Below are positions 8,866 through 19,900 of a stretch of DNA of 64,000 bases, one piece after another. The stretch lies in the IMG/VR virus record IMGVR_UViG_3300031993_000007; one strand, given 5' to 3'. Within the stretch, counting starts at the first letter, position 1; each line of letters starts with the position of its first letter. The translations under genes and the position numbers were made by a program. Under the pieces are notes generated by a model. That model saw only the letters and a list, made by a program, of their open reading frames with translations, was not told the origin of the DNA and searched no databases. The stretch comes from a virus. Taxonomy: Duplodnaviria; Caudoviricetes.

Positions 8866-9584
8866 TCCTCCACGGTTGAATGTCTTGCCATAATTGCTGT
8901 GTAATCATTGTGGACACCCTTGATGGTATTTTCAATAGTCTTGCAATCGGCGATAATGGATCTTTTTGTAGCCAGATCTACGATTGTTGGTTTGAAGTAT
9001 GACGAGTACAGTGCTTCGTTCTTTAGCATGTTTGCTAAAGATCTAACACTAAGCTCGGTCATATGTTCATGACCAGAAAATCCGCCCATACAGATGGCTC
9101 CACCTGATCCTACATTCGGATGATGAGCCTTAACGTAGCTGCTTCCGGATTTCTTAGCAAAGGCTGAGCAACCAATGGGGAATGTTTCGTTATCGTTACC
9201 AAACAGCTTGAAGACAAACAGTCCGATGGCTGGCTCGTAGTTTACACTATGATTTTCATCGTTCTTGCCCCAAGACCATTCCTTGTCTTTGGTGGCTAGA
9301 TTCATCTTCAAGTACTTCTTCGAGTGTTCGTAATACTGAAGGTTACAAGGCTCAATAGGTTCCTTTAGATATACTTCAAGAGCCGGATATCCTTCGTAAG
9401 TCGCAATTTTTACGGATTCGATCAGATCACTGTCCTTTGCCATCCTGTTTCCAATCTTGGCAATGTCTTCAGCAATCTTAAATCCACTAGTAGCAGATTT
9501 CGGCGAGCTAAAGAAGTTTATTATTCCAGACGAGGATTTCAGTTCAAGAAATCCTCGTTCATCAACTTTTCCAATTCCGTACAT
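8856..9584 (-). CDS. E2-like (UBC-fold) conjugating enzyme
   Basis: HHPNVGSGGAICMG matches the UBC HPN(I/V)xxxGxIC motif with catalytic Cys; directly upstream of E1. Confidence 0.78.
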   Translation of the reverse strand: MYGIGKVDERGFLELKSSSGIINFFSSPKSATSGFKIAEDIAKIGNRMAKDSDLIESVKIATYEGYPALEVYLKEPIEPCNLQYYEHSKKYLKMNLATKDKEWSWGKNDENHSVNYEPAIGLFVFKLFGNDNETFPIGCSAFAKKSGSSYVKAHHPNVGSGGAICMGGFSGHEHMTELSVRSLANMLKNEALYSSYFKPTIVDLATKRSIIADCKTIENTIKGVHNDYTAIMARHSTVEEWL

Positions 9585-9592
9585 AAGGTCTC

Positions 9593-10738
9593 CTATACAG
9601 GTATTGCTTCTACGTCACCGACCGGTTCCGCATCGTTAACTGGTTCTGCTGCTTCGACTGGTTCTCCGTCGGCATCTTCTGGCATACTGGTTGCTAACTC
9701 AGGATGAGCCATACGAGTTTCACGAGAATTAAGATCAGAATACTCCTGTGCACTCCATTCTGAAGAAGCCTCTGTCCAAGAAGATCCTGGGAGGAAATTT
9801 ATATCATCTTCTCTGTCTATCGTATGAATACGATGCTCTCCAGACAGAAGAGTATTGTTCCTATACCATTGACCATATTCGGACATATCGGCGATCAGCT
9901 TTTGGAAATAGGGCCAATCAAGTCCTTCAAGCTCTTTGGTCTTGAAACCTTGAAGAGCAAATTTCTTAAAGATCCCAGCAAGAAGTGATCCGTCAATCTT
10001 CATAGTATCAGAGGACAGCGGAATAGCCTTAAAGCATTCTGCTAATTCATTGCTACACAGCATGAACACGGCCTGAGTTATCACTCGGCTATCAAGAGCA
10101 AACGAAGGATCATCAAGGCTTGTCTTGCACTTAAAGCTCTTGAATTTTTCGTAAGACCCATGATCCCAAGAAATGATTTCCTTAGAGAACATCAGTCTCC
10201 CTCTGTCAGACGTAATGGTGCCGCCCTTGCAATAGAACGTATTAAGCACGATAGTCCTTGGAGAAAGGAATAATCTTAGCAGATCATCTTCTAAGTCAAT
10301 CTCCCTTGGACTACTAAAATTTGGGCCTTCAATAATTACTGCTGACTCAAATGATCCGTATCCACTAGGGCATTCATCTGGATTTGTTGCAATCTTTATG
10401 GTAGCATTCGGTCTCATAGAATCCCTGAAGCCGTTCAGGTTCTTTCCTAATGAAACGAGAGCTAGATGATCATTTGAATGGTCTATAGGCAACGATGCTG
10501 GAATTACAAAAATTTCTTCTATTCCGGCGACCATCAGTTCTCCAGCCAAAGTAACTACCAGAATACTGATATCTTTGATTACATCTTCAATCGAGTTACG
10601 GTTTTGGTATAACCTCCGGAATTCGCTAGATGACTGAATGTCTATTACAATAGCACAATTTTTCGGAATTGTGATTCCGGTACATTTCTTAGTGCGGTCG
10701 TACAATTCCGCAAGGTTGCTGACTCGTTCTTCGCTCAT
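9593..10738 (-). CDS. Hypothetical protein (first gene of the Ubl operon)
   Basis: ORF 9593-10762; AAAGGA RBS before ATG 10738 (MSEERV); acidic low-complexity tail. Confidence 0.75.
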   Translation of the reverse strand: MSEERVSNLAELYDRTKKCTGITIPKNCAIVIDIQSSSEFRRLYQNRNSIEDVIKDISILVVTLAGELMVAGIEEIFVIPASLPIDHSNDHLALVSLGKNLNGFRDSMRPNATIKIATNPDECPSGYGSFESAVIIEGPNFSSPREIDLEDDLLRLFLSPRTIVLNTFYCKGGTITSDRGRLMFSKEIISWDHGSYEKFKSFKCKTSLDDPSFALDSRVITQAVFMLCSNELAECFKAIPLSSDTMKIDGSLLAGIFKKFALQGFKTKELEGLDWPYFQKLIADMSEYGQWYRNNTLLSGEHRIHTIDREDDINFLPGSSWTEASSEWSAQEYSDLNSRETRMAHPELATSMPEDADGEPVEAAEPVNDAEPVGDVEAIPV

Positions 10739-10804
10739 AATTTTCCTTTGGGTTAAAGTCAAAATTTTATATATCCATAAAATTTTAGTCTAAAGGCCAT
10801 AGGC

Positions 10805-10816
10805 AACTGAATATTG
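10805..10816 (+). promoter_or_regulatory. Putative late (non-virion RNAP) promoter AACT-N6-TG
   Basis: AACTgaatatTG; same motif recurs upstream of more than 10 structural genes. Confidence 0.65.
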
Positions 10817-10826
10817 CAGGTAAATT

Positions 10827-12563
10827 ATGGCTTCTATTGTAGAAAAGAAATTTGAATGGTTTGAACAGCATTTAAGATCTAATCTTAAAGAGTATACTTT
10901 GGCATCGCCTTTATACCAAGGAATTCCTAATGGCGAAGATGATATGTTCTTGGTATTCTATCTGAAGATTCTTCTTGACAAACTGGATACCATGAAAGCT
11001 AACTCTATGCCTGTCGTACCAGACTCTGATCGTGCTGAACCTAGACTTGGCTATAGGACAGCGGTTCCGGTTCCAAAGGGAGGCTTATCCTCCATAAAGG
11101 TCGGCGTAGTCCCTGATCTTAACCTAGAAGAAATTATTGAAAGCACTCTCACTAAAGCCATACAAGATTATCTAGGATCCGTTGCAAATTCTGGAAATCT
11201 AACTAGAGAACTAAACCAAAATACAAATTTGGAAAACATTACAAGAACAGAATTAAAAGCTCTGGATATCCCGATGATAAAGTCCAATTCCTCTGTAAAT
11301 AAATTATTTCATATTAAGGACTACCTTAAACGTGGTCATATGAAATTTATAACTGAGAAGATCAGAAGTAATATTAATCGTCTTCACAATTATTGTATAA
11401 ATAATAGCCTTAAAAGGCTGTTTCCCGGCGAACAGGACGACTCTGATGTGGTATATGTAAATCCTCCCGATTGGATCTTTCCAAGGCTAGGTATCATACC
11501 CCTTGGCGTTTATCCTGATCTTCCAGATGATATGCCGGAACTTTTACAAATGTTTAGAGAAGGAAATGCCGCTCAGTATACTATAAAAGAATTTGCTATA
11601 GAACCTGGGCGGAGATACCTAGAAATTATTAGGGAACTTAAGGACAAATTTTACAATATCTTTAGTGATGAATCCCACATCAGGAATGATAAAGTAACTG
11701 AAGCTATTGAAATTATCAATACTCTTGCAGATCAAGAATCTATACTCGGCAAGGTATACAAGCACTCAATGCTATATGGCTCTCCTTCTAATAATCCTTT
11801 TACTGGATTTAATGGCGATGAAACAACCAACTATGGAGGGAGGCTGTACAGGTTCCAAGAAGAAATTAAAAGGTACTATTTAGGCGGCAAGTACCCCGAT
11901 GATACGGAGTACGAATCTATTTATCATTTGCTATTCGAAAAGACCTTTAATCTATTTGATGGAACGCTAAGAAGCGTAAGCAACAGATTTATTGACAATT
12001 TGATTTACGACGCTTCTGGAGAAATCGTCAATATCCGTGAAATTGTGGATGGAGAAGGAAATGTTATCCATGATGAACGAGATGATCGATTCACAGAGTA
12101 CCAAGCAGTAAAACGAACTGTCAATAGTTTGCAGCCCTTTATCGTCGATGTATCTGAAACGGTAGCAGGTACAAAGCCTGACTATAACGGACGCTACAGT
12201 GAGGATCTAAATGTCTTTTTCAGCTGCAACAATGAATGGTATAATTCATATGCGAGCCTGCAAGGATATAACAGCATACTCTCTAAAGCAGACGTTACTT
12301 CTGCGAATTTAAAGGCTTATAGAGAATTGATAGAGAATTTCTTCAATTTGACAAAACAGTGCCTAGATAAGACTCTAAAGGATTTCTTAGAACCTGTCGA
12401 TTGGTTTACTAGCTATCCTGAGTATCTAGATATAACTGTCGATACAAAGCTTATTGAAGAAAGACAAGAATCTATACTTGGCAATTTCTATGGTGTTTAT
12501 CGCATAAAAGAGTACAAGGGAACTATAATTTGTTATTTACTACCAGAATATCCAGTAAGATAA
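10827..12563 (+). CDS. Hypothetical protein, probably late/structural
   Basis: 578-aa ORF behind a late-promoter motif. Confidence 0.75.
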   Translation: MASIVEKKFEWFEQHLRSNLKEYTLASPLYQGIPNGEDDMFLVFYLKILLDKLDTMKANSMPVVPDSDRAEPRLGYRTAVPVPKGGLSSIKVGVVPDLNLEEIIESTLTKAIQDYLGSVANSGNLTRELNQNTNLENITRTELKALDIPMIKSNSSVNKLFHIKDYLKRGHMKFITEKIRSNINRLHNYCINNSLKRLFPGEQDDSDVVYVNPPDWIFPRLGIIPLGVYPDLPDDMPELLQMFREGNAAQYTIKEFAIEPGRRYLEIIRELKDKFYNIFSDESHIRNDKVTEAIEIINTLADQESILGKVYKHSMLYGSPSNNPFTGFNGDETTNYGGRLYRFQEEIKRYYLGGKYPDDTEYESIYHLLFEKTFNLFDGTLRSVSNRFIDNLIYDASGEIVNIREIVDGEGNVIHDERDDRFTEYQAVKRTVNSLQPFIVDVSETVAGTKPDYNGRYSEDLNVFFSCNNEWYNSYASLQGYNSILSKADVTSANLKAYRELIENFFNLTKQCLDKTLKDFLEPVDWFTSYPEYLDITVDTKLIEERQESILGNFYGVYRIKEYKGTIICYLLPEYPVR

Positions 12564-12575
12564 GCATCACCCACT

Positions 12576-13091
12576 ATGAAACCTAATTCCTCCATTTCTC
12601 CGACAGAGCTGAAAAAGAGGCTGATTCAGATTTTCAAATCTGAAGAAGGTTATTTCGAAGCTCTTAAAAAAGCTAGAGCGGATCTGATCTCGTACTTTGA
12701 TCGATCCAAGTTGTATCTCCTGTTCACAAAGGCTATTGACGCTTGTCCGTACATAGACTTCTCATCGGCTAGAGATAGACGAGTCAACAAACTCTCTCCT
12801 ATCTACAAGCTAAAGATTGACTACGGAAAGCTTCCAGATAATCTCCGAGCTTTGGCAAGCAGAAAGCCTAACATCAGTGATGCAAAGACTTTTATTGTCC
12901 ATACTGGTGTTCTTGGCCCTTACTTAGATACCCTCCTTAAGGTCATTCGTGAAAATGATATGACCTACCTTAAAGAGCCAGTCCCTAAGTCTGAAGACCG
13001 AAATGCTCTGGAAGACTATTTGTCTGCCATGTATATTATGGATACAAGCGACGAAGCTACCAAGCCGGTATTTGTTCGTCAGGTTATCTAG
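12576..13091 (+). CDS. Hypothetical protein
   Basis: 171-aa ORF following the previous gene. Confidence 0.7.
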   Translation: MKPNSSISPTELKKRLIQIFKSEEGYFEALKKARADLISYFDRSKLYLLFTKAIDACPYIDFSSARDRRVNKLSPIYKLKIDYGKLPDNLRALASRKPNISDAKTFIVHTGVLGPYLDTLLKVIRENDMTYLKEPVPKSEDRNALEDYLSAMYIMDTSDEATKPVFVRQVI

Positions 13092-13111
13092 TTTGCTCGC
13101 TCCAATCAATT

Positions 13112-13175
13112 GCCCTAACCTGAGTTTCTAACAGGTTAGGGCAAAATATTCCCCTATCCAAAAGGATAGGGGAAG
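13112..13175. terminator. Two hairpins between convergent genes
   Basis: gccctaacctg..caggttagggc and tcccctatcc-aaaa-ggatagggga. Confidence 0.65.
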
Positions 13176-13187
13176 TATCTGGATTTA

Positions 13188-14036
13188 TTAGCGAACAAAG
13201 CTGAGGTCAGCTTCGCTAGCTAACTTAGAAGTGTGAAGCAGTTCCAAGATATTATAGGTCACGAGGGCTTCAGTCAAGACAGCACTGTCATTGACCGGAG
13301 CTTCAGAAGCCATCTTCATAGCGGCCTCAGCGTGCATATCAAGGATCTTGCGGAAGTAAGTGTCATACTTCTTAGCTTTCTTCTCAAGAAGCTTCTCAGG
13401 GAAAGCAGCATTTTCCAGAGCATTACGCTTTTCCTCTTCAAATTGAGCCTGAAGATCACGCTCACGCTGGAGCATAACACGGCTCTTAGCCTTGAGCACA
13501 GCCGCAAGCTTTTCTTCGTAGACTTCAACAACCTTGTTGTTGTCATCCAAGAGAGCCTGATCTTCTGTAGCTTCGTTGAGAGCCACAGCGGCTTTGTGTT
13601 CAGCAATGTTCTTGAGAGAATTCAGATACAGATTCAGGTGCGGACTTTCGCTGGCCATAACCTTGGAAGTATCAATCTTTCCAGAGATAAGCAAGGCCTT
13701 GAAAACCTTAGAAACATTGTCAGAAATCTGAGTCTGCGTATTAAGGTCGGTGTCCGTAGACAGAGCTACAATGTGGGCGAGAGATCCAGACAATTCGTCA
13801 AGATACTGCGTAGCCATAGCTTCACGAACCTTAGCGTCAGCCTTACGGTTGGCGTTAACTTTGGAAGAATGCACAAAGAGGCTAGAGATTTCGGACTTTC
13901 CGTCCTTATGGGCTTCTTCAAAATCCTTGTCAGATTTGAGAAGAGCTTCACGAGCCTTTTGAGCCTTTTCAAAACGTTCCTTGCGATGCTTGGCGCTTGC
14001 AGGACGATTAGAGATTGTATAGTTCAGGTCAGTCAT
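13188..14036 (-). CDS. Putative virion protein
   Basis: 282 aa, helical, strong codon bias, several (A/L)xE|A candidate protease sites; same operon as the baseplate genes. Confidence 0.6.
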   Translation of the reverse strand: MTDLNYTISNRPASAKHRKERFEKAQKAREALLKSDKDFEEAHKDGKSEISSLFVHSSKVNANRKADAKVREAMATQYLDELSGSLAHIVALSTDTDLNTQTQISDNVSKVFKALLISGKIDTSKVMASESPHLNLYLNSLKNIAEHKAAVALNEATEDQALLDDNNKVVEVYEEKLAAVLKAKSRVMLQRERDLQAQFEEEKRNALENAAFPEKLLEKKAKKYDTYFRKILDMHAEAAMKMASEAPVNDSAVLTEALVTYNILELLHTSKLASEADLSFVR

Positions 14037-14060
14037 AATAAGATCCTTTACAATTACGAG

Positions 14061-16931
14061 TTAAAACGTATAGTGGAAAACGATTCTTACGGATTCAGGG
14101 AATTCCTGTTCATCCGGATTAATCGGCAAACCGATATTGGTATATTCAGGATACTCCTTATACGCATTAGCGTTTATAACGATAAAGCGAGGATCCTTAA
14201 TACCATTAATCTGAATGACGTTCGCAGCCGAAACTGAAGGAACAGCTCTCTCTATAGCGGTTGTAAGCTTGGTTACAGAAACCTTGCCGTTGATGATCAT
14301 GTTGTTGCTAGCTAGAGTATTAATATCCCTAAAGAAATCTTCAGTGATTTTCTTAATCTGAGCTTCAACTTCGTCATCTTGGCCATTCTCTCTTTCAAGA
14401 TCCAACCAAACTTCCAAGTCAGAAGACGGTACAACTTCCAGTTCCTCTTCTTCTTCCTCAAGAGTAGTCGTACGAATTTGTAGTCTATTGGAAGGCCCAT
14501 AGGAATTGAAGAACTTGATAGAGATGCCTGTATTATTCACAAGCTTATAGATAGAATCCTTCAAGGCATTAAGATAAGACTTGTACTCCTGAATGAATTC
14601 TTCGTAATACTTGTCATTGAATGCTACTTCGGCTCCTACCAGCGGAACCCCTCCGAGACAATTACTTGCATCAGAGAATGTTGCAGCAAAGACATCATCC
14701 ATGCTCCTAAACATCTCGATCGGCTCGCTTACTTCTGCTACAGCTTTGATACGATAGACTTCTGGATCAAAGTAGACGCTAGCCTCTTCATATACATAAG
14801 AATCTTCCTCAACAGCGCTAACGCACTTACTGAGATCAGCCTTGTACTTTTCGTCATTAAGATTTCCATACGGAGAAGAAGACAAGTTGCTGTAATCTTC
14901 TAAGATATAAATCTTTGCATGGACTTTGGATTCAAGGCGTACGGTAGCTCCAGTACCCGGCTCTGTAGCAAAGATTTCTCCGGTATCCATGTTGAACATC
15001 CAGAATTTCTGATCGCCGCTATCGCTACAAGCGTTAACGATTTCCATAGTAGGCATTTCACCTTCGTTCTGGATAAAATGATCAGCAGCCCTCATAATAC
15101 AGAGGTTGGACTTTGCCGGATTCTCGCTCATCGGAGGCTCGAACAAAATTCCAAGCTTGTTTCCAGCAATATTTTCATTGCTCAAAATTACCAAGAAGGT
15201 CTTTTTGTGCGAAATGTCCGAGATGAAGTTTGTAGCAAGTTCCAAAAAGATATGAGTATCATCAAGCTTGTTAGCCTCATTGATACTTAGCTCTTCGCTG
15301 ATACTTGTAGCAGTAATACTCCTTCTGATCTTTAGATAGTTCAAGATCGGGTTGGAATCAGAATCAGTATTAACTTCCTTGAATATAGGAGTCTTGAGCT
15401 CATTAATAGTCAGGTCGAAGTATCTCCAGCATTCGCCATTAAAGCACTGGATTACGAACGGGCTAAAGTATACATGATGATTGTTCTTAATAAGCTCATC
15501 AAGATTCTCTTCATCATCTAGGAATCTGAATTTTGTAAGGCTCTCAATTATTTTTCCAGTTTCAGGATCTGTTTCGTAATCGGGAATAATCGGATCCGAA
15601 GCGGTGATGAGACCACTGGTAACATTATTCAGATCAAATTCCAAGGCAGTGTTTGTCGGGAAAGGCCTGCCCTTAGAGTCTCCAAGAAGCAGGTAGCCCA
15701 TGAATAATCTCTTGATGATGGTGTCGGTATCCCTTCTGAATACTACCTTGCTGATTCCGTTGAATACAGAATTAGAAAGCTTTGCAAAGTAGGTATTGAG
15801 ATCTTCTTCGGTACTAAGGACTTCTACCTTCTGTCGCTTTTCGTACACAGCTTGCTTGAGCTCCTGAATGCTAGGACGGTCTTTGCCTCCAGCCGGATGA
15901 AGAATAATCGAACCGGTCATCTCGAGATTAACGTTCGGATCTTCTATGTACAGATCGCCAACAAAGTTGAAGTTGCCATTGCTACCAGTAGTAGTGCAGC
16001 TTTTCACAAGTGCAGAGCTACCATTAGCAGGTCTCCATCCAGACGATGTAAGATCGAACAAGATCTGGAAGGAGTTTTCGTCAATAAAGTTGTAAGAGCA
16101 ATACGGATCTTCAGATACAACCAAGCTTCGGCTCTGATATTTTTCAATAGGAGCATATTCACTATCTTCTTCCTTGTAGAAGACGGTGAATCCAGCTAGC
16201 TGGTCTTCAAGGTCTACTTGGAAGTTGATAGAGTTCGCAAGGTTAGACGACGCAAGATCGTGCGTTTCGTTAGATACTTCATACTGGAATACGTCAATCT
16301 TCAAGATGATGTAGCGCTTTCCATCATCAGATTCTGTATCCGGAATTTCCGTAGATTCGATATAGCTGTTCGTCAAGTACTCTTTGGAATTAGAAAGCAG
16401 CATTGGTTCTGCATCATAATGAGCACTTCTGTAGGAGAAAGCATGGCTATTATAGAAAGCGATAACACCTTCACCAGCAGTACGGATATACACACTAAAC
16501 GGCAGATGGAAGTATACTGAATCCATATTCACTACAAAAGACTCTCGATCCAGCTTCAGAAGACCAGATGGAGTAGAGTTAATAAGATTCAGCAGCTCGC
16601 TTGCTCCAAATACCAACGTAATGGTAGCCTTAGCTGGAACAGCTTCTGTAGCATCAACACCCTCGTCTGCTGCCGCAGAGTAGATCGTTTCTGGAATAGA
16701 TGCCGTATTAAGAGCGATTTCGTTGTACAGAGCATTTCGGTGATACATACTAATCTTTGTAGCATGAGCCACAATTTCATTCATATAACCGAATAGACCA
16801 AGCTTGGAATTCTCCGGAACTTCTTCCGAAGAATTGCCAGACCCAAGTCCAAAATACTGCCCAGTAAAATTTTGGAAATCTTTTAAAAGACCATACTGGT
16901 CATTTTGAATTTTAGAATTTTCGTCTGCCAT
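14061..16931 (-). CDS. Baseplate wedge protein (T4 gp6/baseplate-J-like)
   Basis: N-terminal LFGYMNE..YHRNALYNE.ALNTA..PETIY..A; TTGSNGN and AGGKDRPSIQELK..LSTEEDL motifs typical of gp6/J. Confidence 0.7.
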   Translation of the reverse strand: MADENSKIQNDQYGLLKDFQNFTGQYFGLGSGNSSEEVPENSKLGLFGYMNEIVAHATKISMYHRNALYNEIALNTASIPETIYSAAADEGVDATEAVPAKATITLVFGASELLNLINSTPSGLLKLDRESFVVNMDSVYFHLPFSVYIRTAGEGVIAFYNSHAFSYRSAHYDAEPMLLSNSKEYLTNSYIESTEIPDTESDDGKRYIILKIDVFQYEVSNETHDLASSNLANSINFQVDLEDQLAGFTVFYKEEDSEYAPIEKYQSRSLVVSEDPYCSYNFIDENSFQILFDLTSSGWRPANGSSALVKSCTTTGSNGNFNFVGDLYIEDPNVNLEMTGSIILHPAGGKDRPSIQELKQAVYEKRQKVEVLSTEEDLNTYFAKLSNSVFNGISKVVFRRDTDTIIKRLFMGYLLLGDSKGRPFPTNTALEFDLNNVTSGLITASDPIIPDYETDPETGKIIESLTKFRFLDDEENLDELIKNNHHVYFSPFVIQCFNGECWRYFDLTINELKTPIFKEVNTDSDSNPILNYLKIRRSITATSISEELSINEANKLDDTHIFLELATNFISDISHKKTFLVILSNENIAGNKLGILFEPPMSENPAKSNLCIMRAADHFIQNEGEMPTMEIVNACSDSGDQKFWMFNMDTGEIFATEPGTGATVRLESKVHAKIYILEDYSNLSSSPYGNLNDEKYKADLSKCVSAVEEDSYVYEEASVYFDPEVYRIKAVAEVSEPIEMFRSMDDVFAATFSDASNCLGGVPLVGAEVAFNDKYYEEFIQEYKSYLNALKDSIYKLVNNTGISIKFFNSYGPSNRLQIRTTTLEEEEEELEVVPSSDLEVWLDLERENGQDDEVEAQIKKITEDFFRDINTLASNNMIINGKVSVTKLTTAIERAVPSVSAANVIQINGIKDPRFIVINANAYKEYPEYTNIGLPINPDEQEFPESVRIVFHYTF

Positions 16932-16973
16932 AATTTTTCCTATGTATTAAACTATACCCGCCATATCGCAGAA

Positions 16974-19900
16974 TTATATCAGCGACATTAGGCCTCCAAG
17001 AGCTGCCTGAATAGCCTTTTGGTCATTACCGAAAGACGTTCCAGTATCAGCAGGTCTAATAAAGGCATTAACAATCTTTACACGATATTTAGAATCAATA
17101 GCTGTACGGCCACTTTCATCTCCAGCAAGCGGCTCCCAACCAACGCTTCCGATGGTCTGACCGGAGCCATATTCCTCACCAAGCTGATGACCGAGCTTAT
17201 CAAAGTAAGTGATCTTTGCACTCTTATCATAGAGGTTCGGAGGATCCAATCTTGCCACGCCGACTGTTTCAGCAACCGTGGCTTGCGTCTGGGATACTGC
17301 CGTAGCACTAATATCAGTATCAGGTGAGGAATCAAACCCAGCTGTAATTTTTGCATCAGTCTTCTTGCGAAGTCCTTCAGCAGCATCAGCAGCAGTCATG
17401 TTGCTTTCAAACTCCAAGACGAACTTGAACGGAACGCTTGAACTGAATCCCCAAGATTCACCAGCCTTAGCATTTGTGATCGGAGGGGTCATTCGTACAT
17501 AAGCTCTGTTCTCAGATCTTGTCGGGCCTCCCAAGAGATTAGCATCATTCGTAGATCGTCTTCCCTTAGAAGTATAAATAGAAGCCAGCTGGGCGTACTT
17601 CAGGTAGTCTACTGTTGCGCCAGCCTTGCCTGTATACGCCGGAAGTCGCATGATATAATTGAAGTCAAGAAGAATATTAGGATCGTTAGATTCGTGGTAT
17701 TCGCTCTTGAAGTTTACAGAGAATTCCGGGATATCGGCAGATCCGCCTTCAAGCTTTACAGAACTCCAAGGAGCCGAAGTCGGGAAGATCCCAACATACC
17801 TACCCCAATGGGCAATGGTATGGTTGTCAGGCTCCATCACGAAGTAATACATCGCTCCCAGATAGTCGATCGTACCCTTATTGTAGCTCTTGCGTTCGCA
17901 GTCGCCCTGACCTTCTTTCATTATTTCTATGTACTTCATCCATGCTGTAATAATGTTCATGAGCAGCAATTCTTTAGTATCATAGAAGGTGACAGAGAAG
18001 TCATTTCCAATGTAGCTCTTTCTGGTGGTAGTGCCAAACTGTGTACGGCCACCAAAGCTATTTTCCCATCCTTCCTTAACATCAAGGTTCAAATCAGGAA
18101 TATTTGTACTCTTGACAAGATTGGAGAAGATGTAAGAAAAATAAGGATGCGCACCCTTGTGGGTATAAACTGTATTCGGGAAGTTCTCTCCCCACGTATC
18201 AAGCAGATAATTGTTGTTGTAGTTAAGCTGCGTGATGATTTCTCCGGCAAGGGGATGGTTGTGGTATCCCATCAGAGACATAGCATTCTGAGTGAGATTC
18301 AGATCCGGCTTGACGAAGAAGAGATGGTACAAACCATTCTGGAAGTAGTCAATTTCTCCGCTAGGGATCAATTTGTTCACTCGGAACATAGAAATCAGAT
18401 TCTCTTCCCCAAAGAGTTGGCGACCATCACGAAGCCCATACCACAGCGGCTTAGGGGCAAAGTCATCAGTGGTGTTGCCCACCAGACCGCCAGTTACCTT
18501 ATCAAAGAAATTATTATTCTCGTTAAGAACTCCTTCAGAGATGCTCATAAGAGAATCAATGATGTTAGGCTGTCCTTTGCTCTTTACTTCGCTGTTAGAT
18601 AGAGTCTCATTGTTGTTGTATACCACTCCTCCGAGGAGTTGAGCATCTAGATCTTTCTGATCAAAGTAGCAAAGATGCTTGATATGCCCAATAGTGGCTC
18701 CTAGATTACTAGGAGATTTAAAGATCTGGGTATGCAGATTCTGAATCTTCTGGAGATAAGTACCATCGTCAATTTGCTCGCTCTTCTTCTGAGGATCCAT
18801 CAAGCAGGTAGCAGCCAGAAGCATATCTCCCTTTCCAATGTTGGAAGAATCCTGAGACAGCATGAATCTATTGATCAGCTGAGAGGGCTTATAAGTGTTG
18901 ATAGCTTCCATAGTCTGCTGGCCAGCAGTGGTCTGATTGAAGATGCTAGTAACCTTATCCAATACGTTGAATCTGTTTCTGGTGCTATCCATCAGCGCCA
19001 TAACTTCTTCGTCAGTCATGGGTTTACCAGTCGAGCACAAAACATCGGCAGCTGTCCAAGCCAGCGTATTAATATCCTTAGCAGCGCTCTGAAGCACTTC
19101 AGCAGCTAAATAAGTAGAAACCCCAGATTCTTTGGATACAAAGTCCGTAAGATACGTCGGGACATCTTCAAGAATTTCGCTTAGAACATCGTTGGTTCTC
19201 TCGGTATTGCTACCAGAAGACATAGGCTTAGCCAAGAACGAAGCCGAAGCTATCGATTCTTTCGGGTCTGACAGAGAGTGCGGAGTGCCTTCAACAGTTT
19301 CCACTGCGGATTTAGGATCTTCAAGAGTTTCCACCGGATCTCTCGTTTCAATTACTCTCTTGATAAGCTCTGAGAATGGAGGAGGAGTTGTTTCAAGATC
19401 CAATTCTCCAGTCTCACTTCTGCTCATTATCGGCCTTATGTTGTCGAAGTAAGTCTCTGTGATAGTAGCCATAACGCCAGTATCAAGAACTTGGTAGCTA
19501 TTTCCGGATCCTACGCTGGATCCTGCCGAGCTCGACAACGGGCCATAGGCTCCAAGGTTGGAGTTAACGCCAGCGCTCTTAGACAGTTCACCATAAGAAC
19601 CACCATTCACGCTGATTCCGGCATTCTTAGCCAACGGGCCATAAGATCCGCCGCTCATCTTTTCGGCAAGAGCTCTTTTTACCTCTTCGTTTATAACATT
19701 CTTGTAAACTTGAGCCAAACGATTCTTTGCCAAGTTATAATTACCGCCGTTGCTTAAGGCAACAGCTTCTTTAATTTCTTTTCCATAAGCGTCAGACTGA
19801 TAGAATTTAATTTCTATAGGATTCTTATCGATACCGAACACATCTTTCTTTATGAAGTCATTAAGATTTTTAGAGACTGATTCGATAGCTCCATATACAG

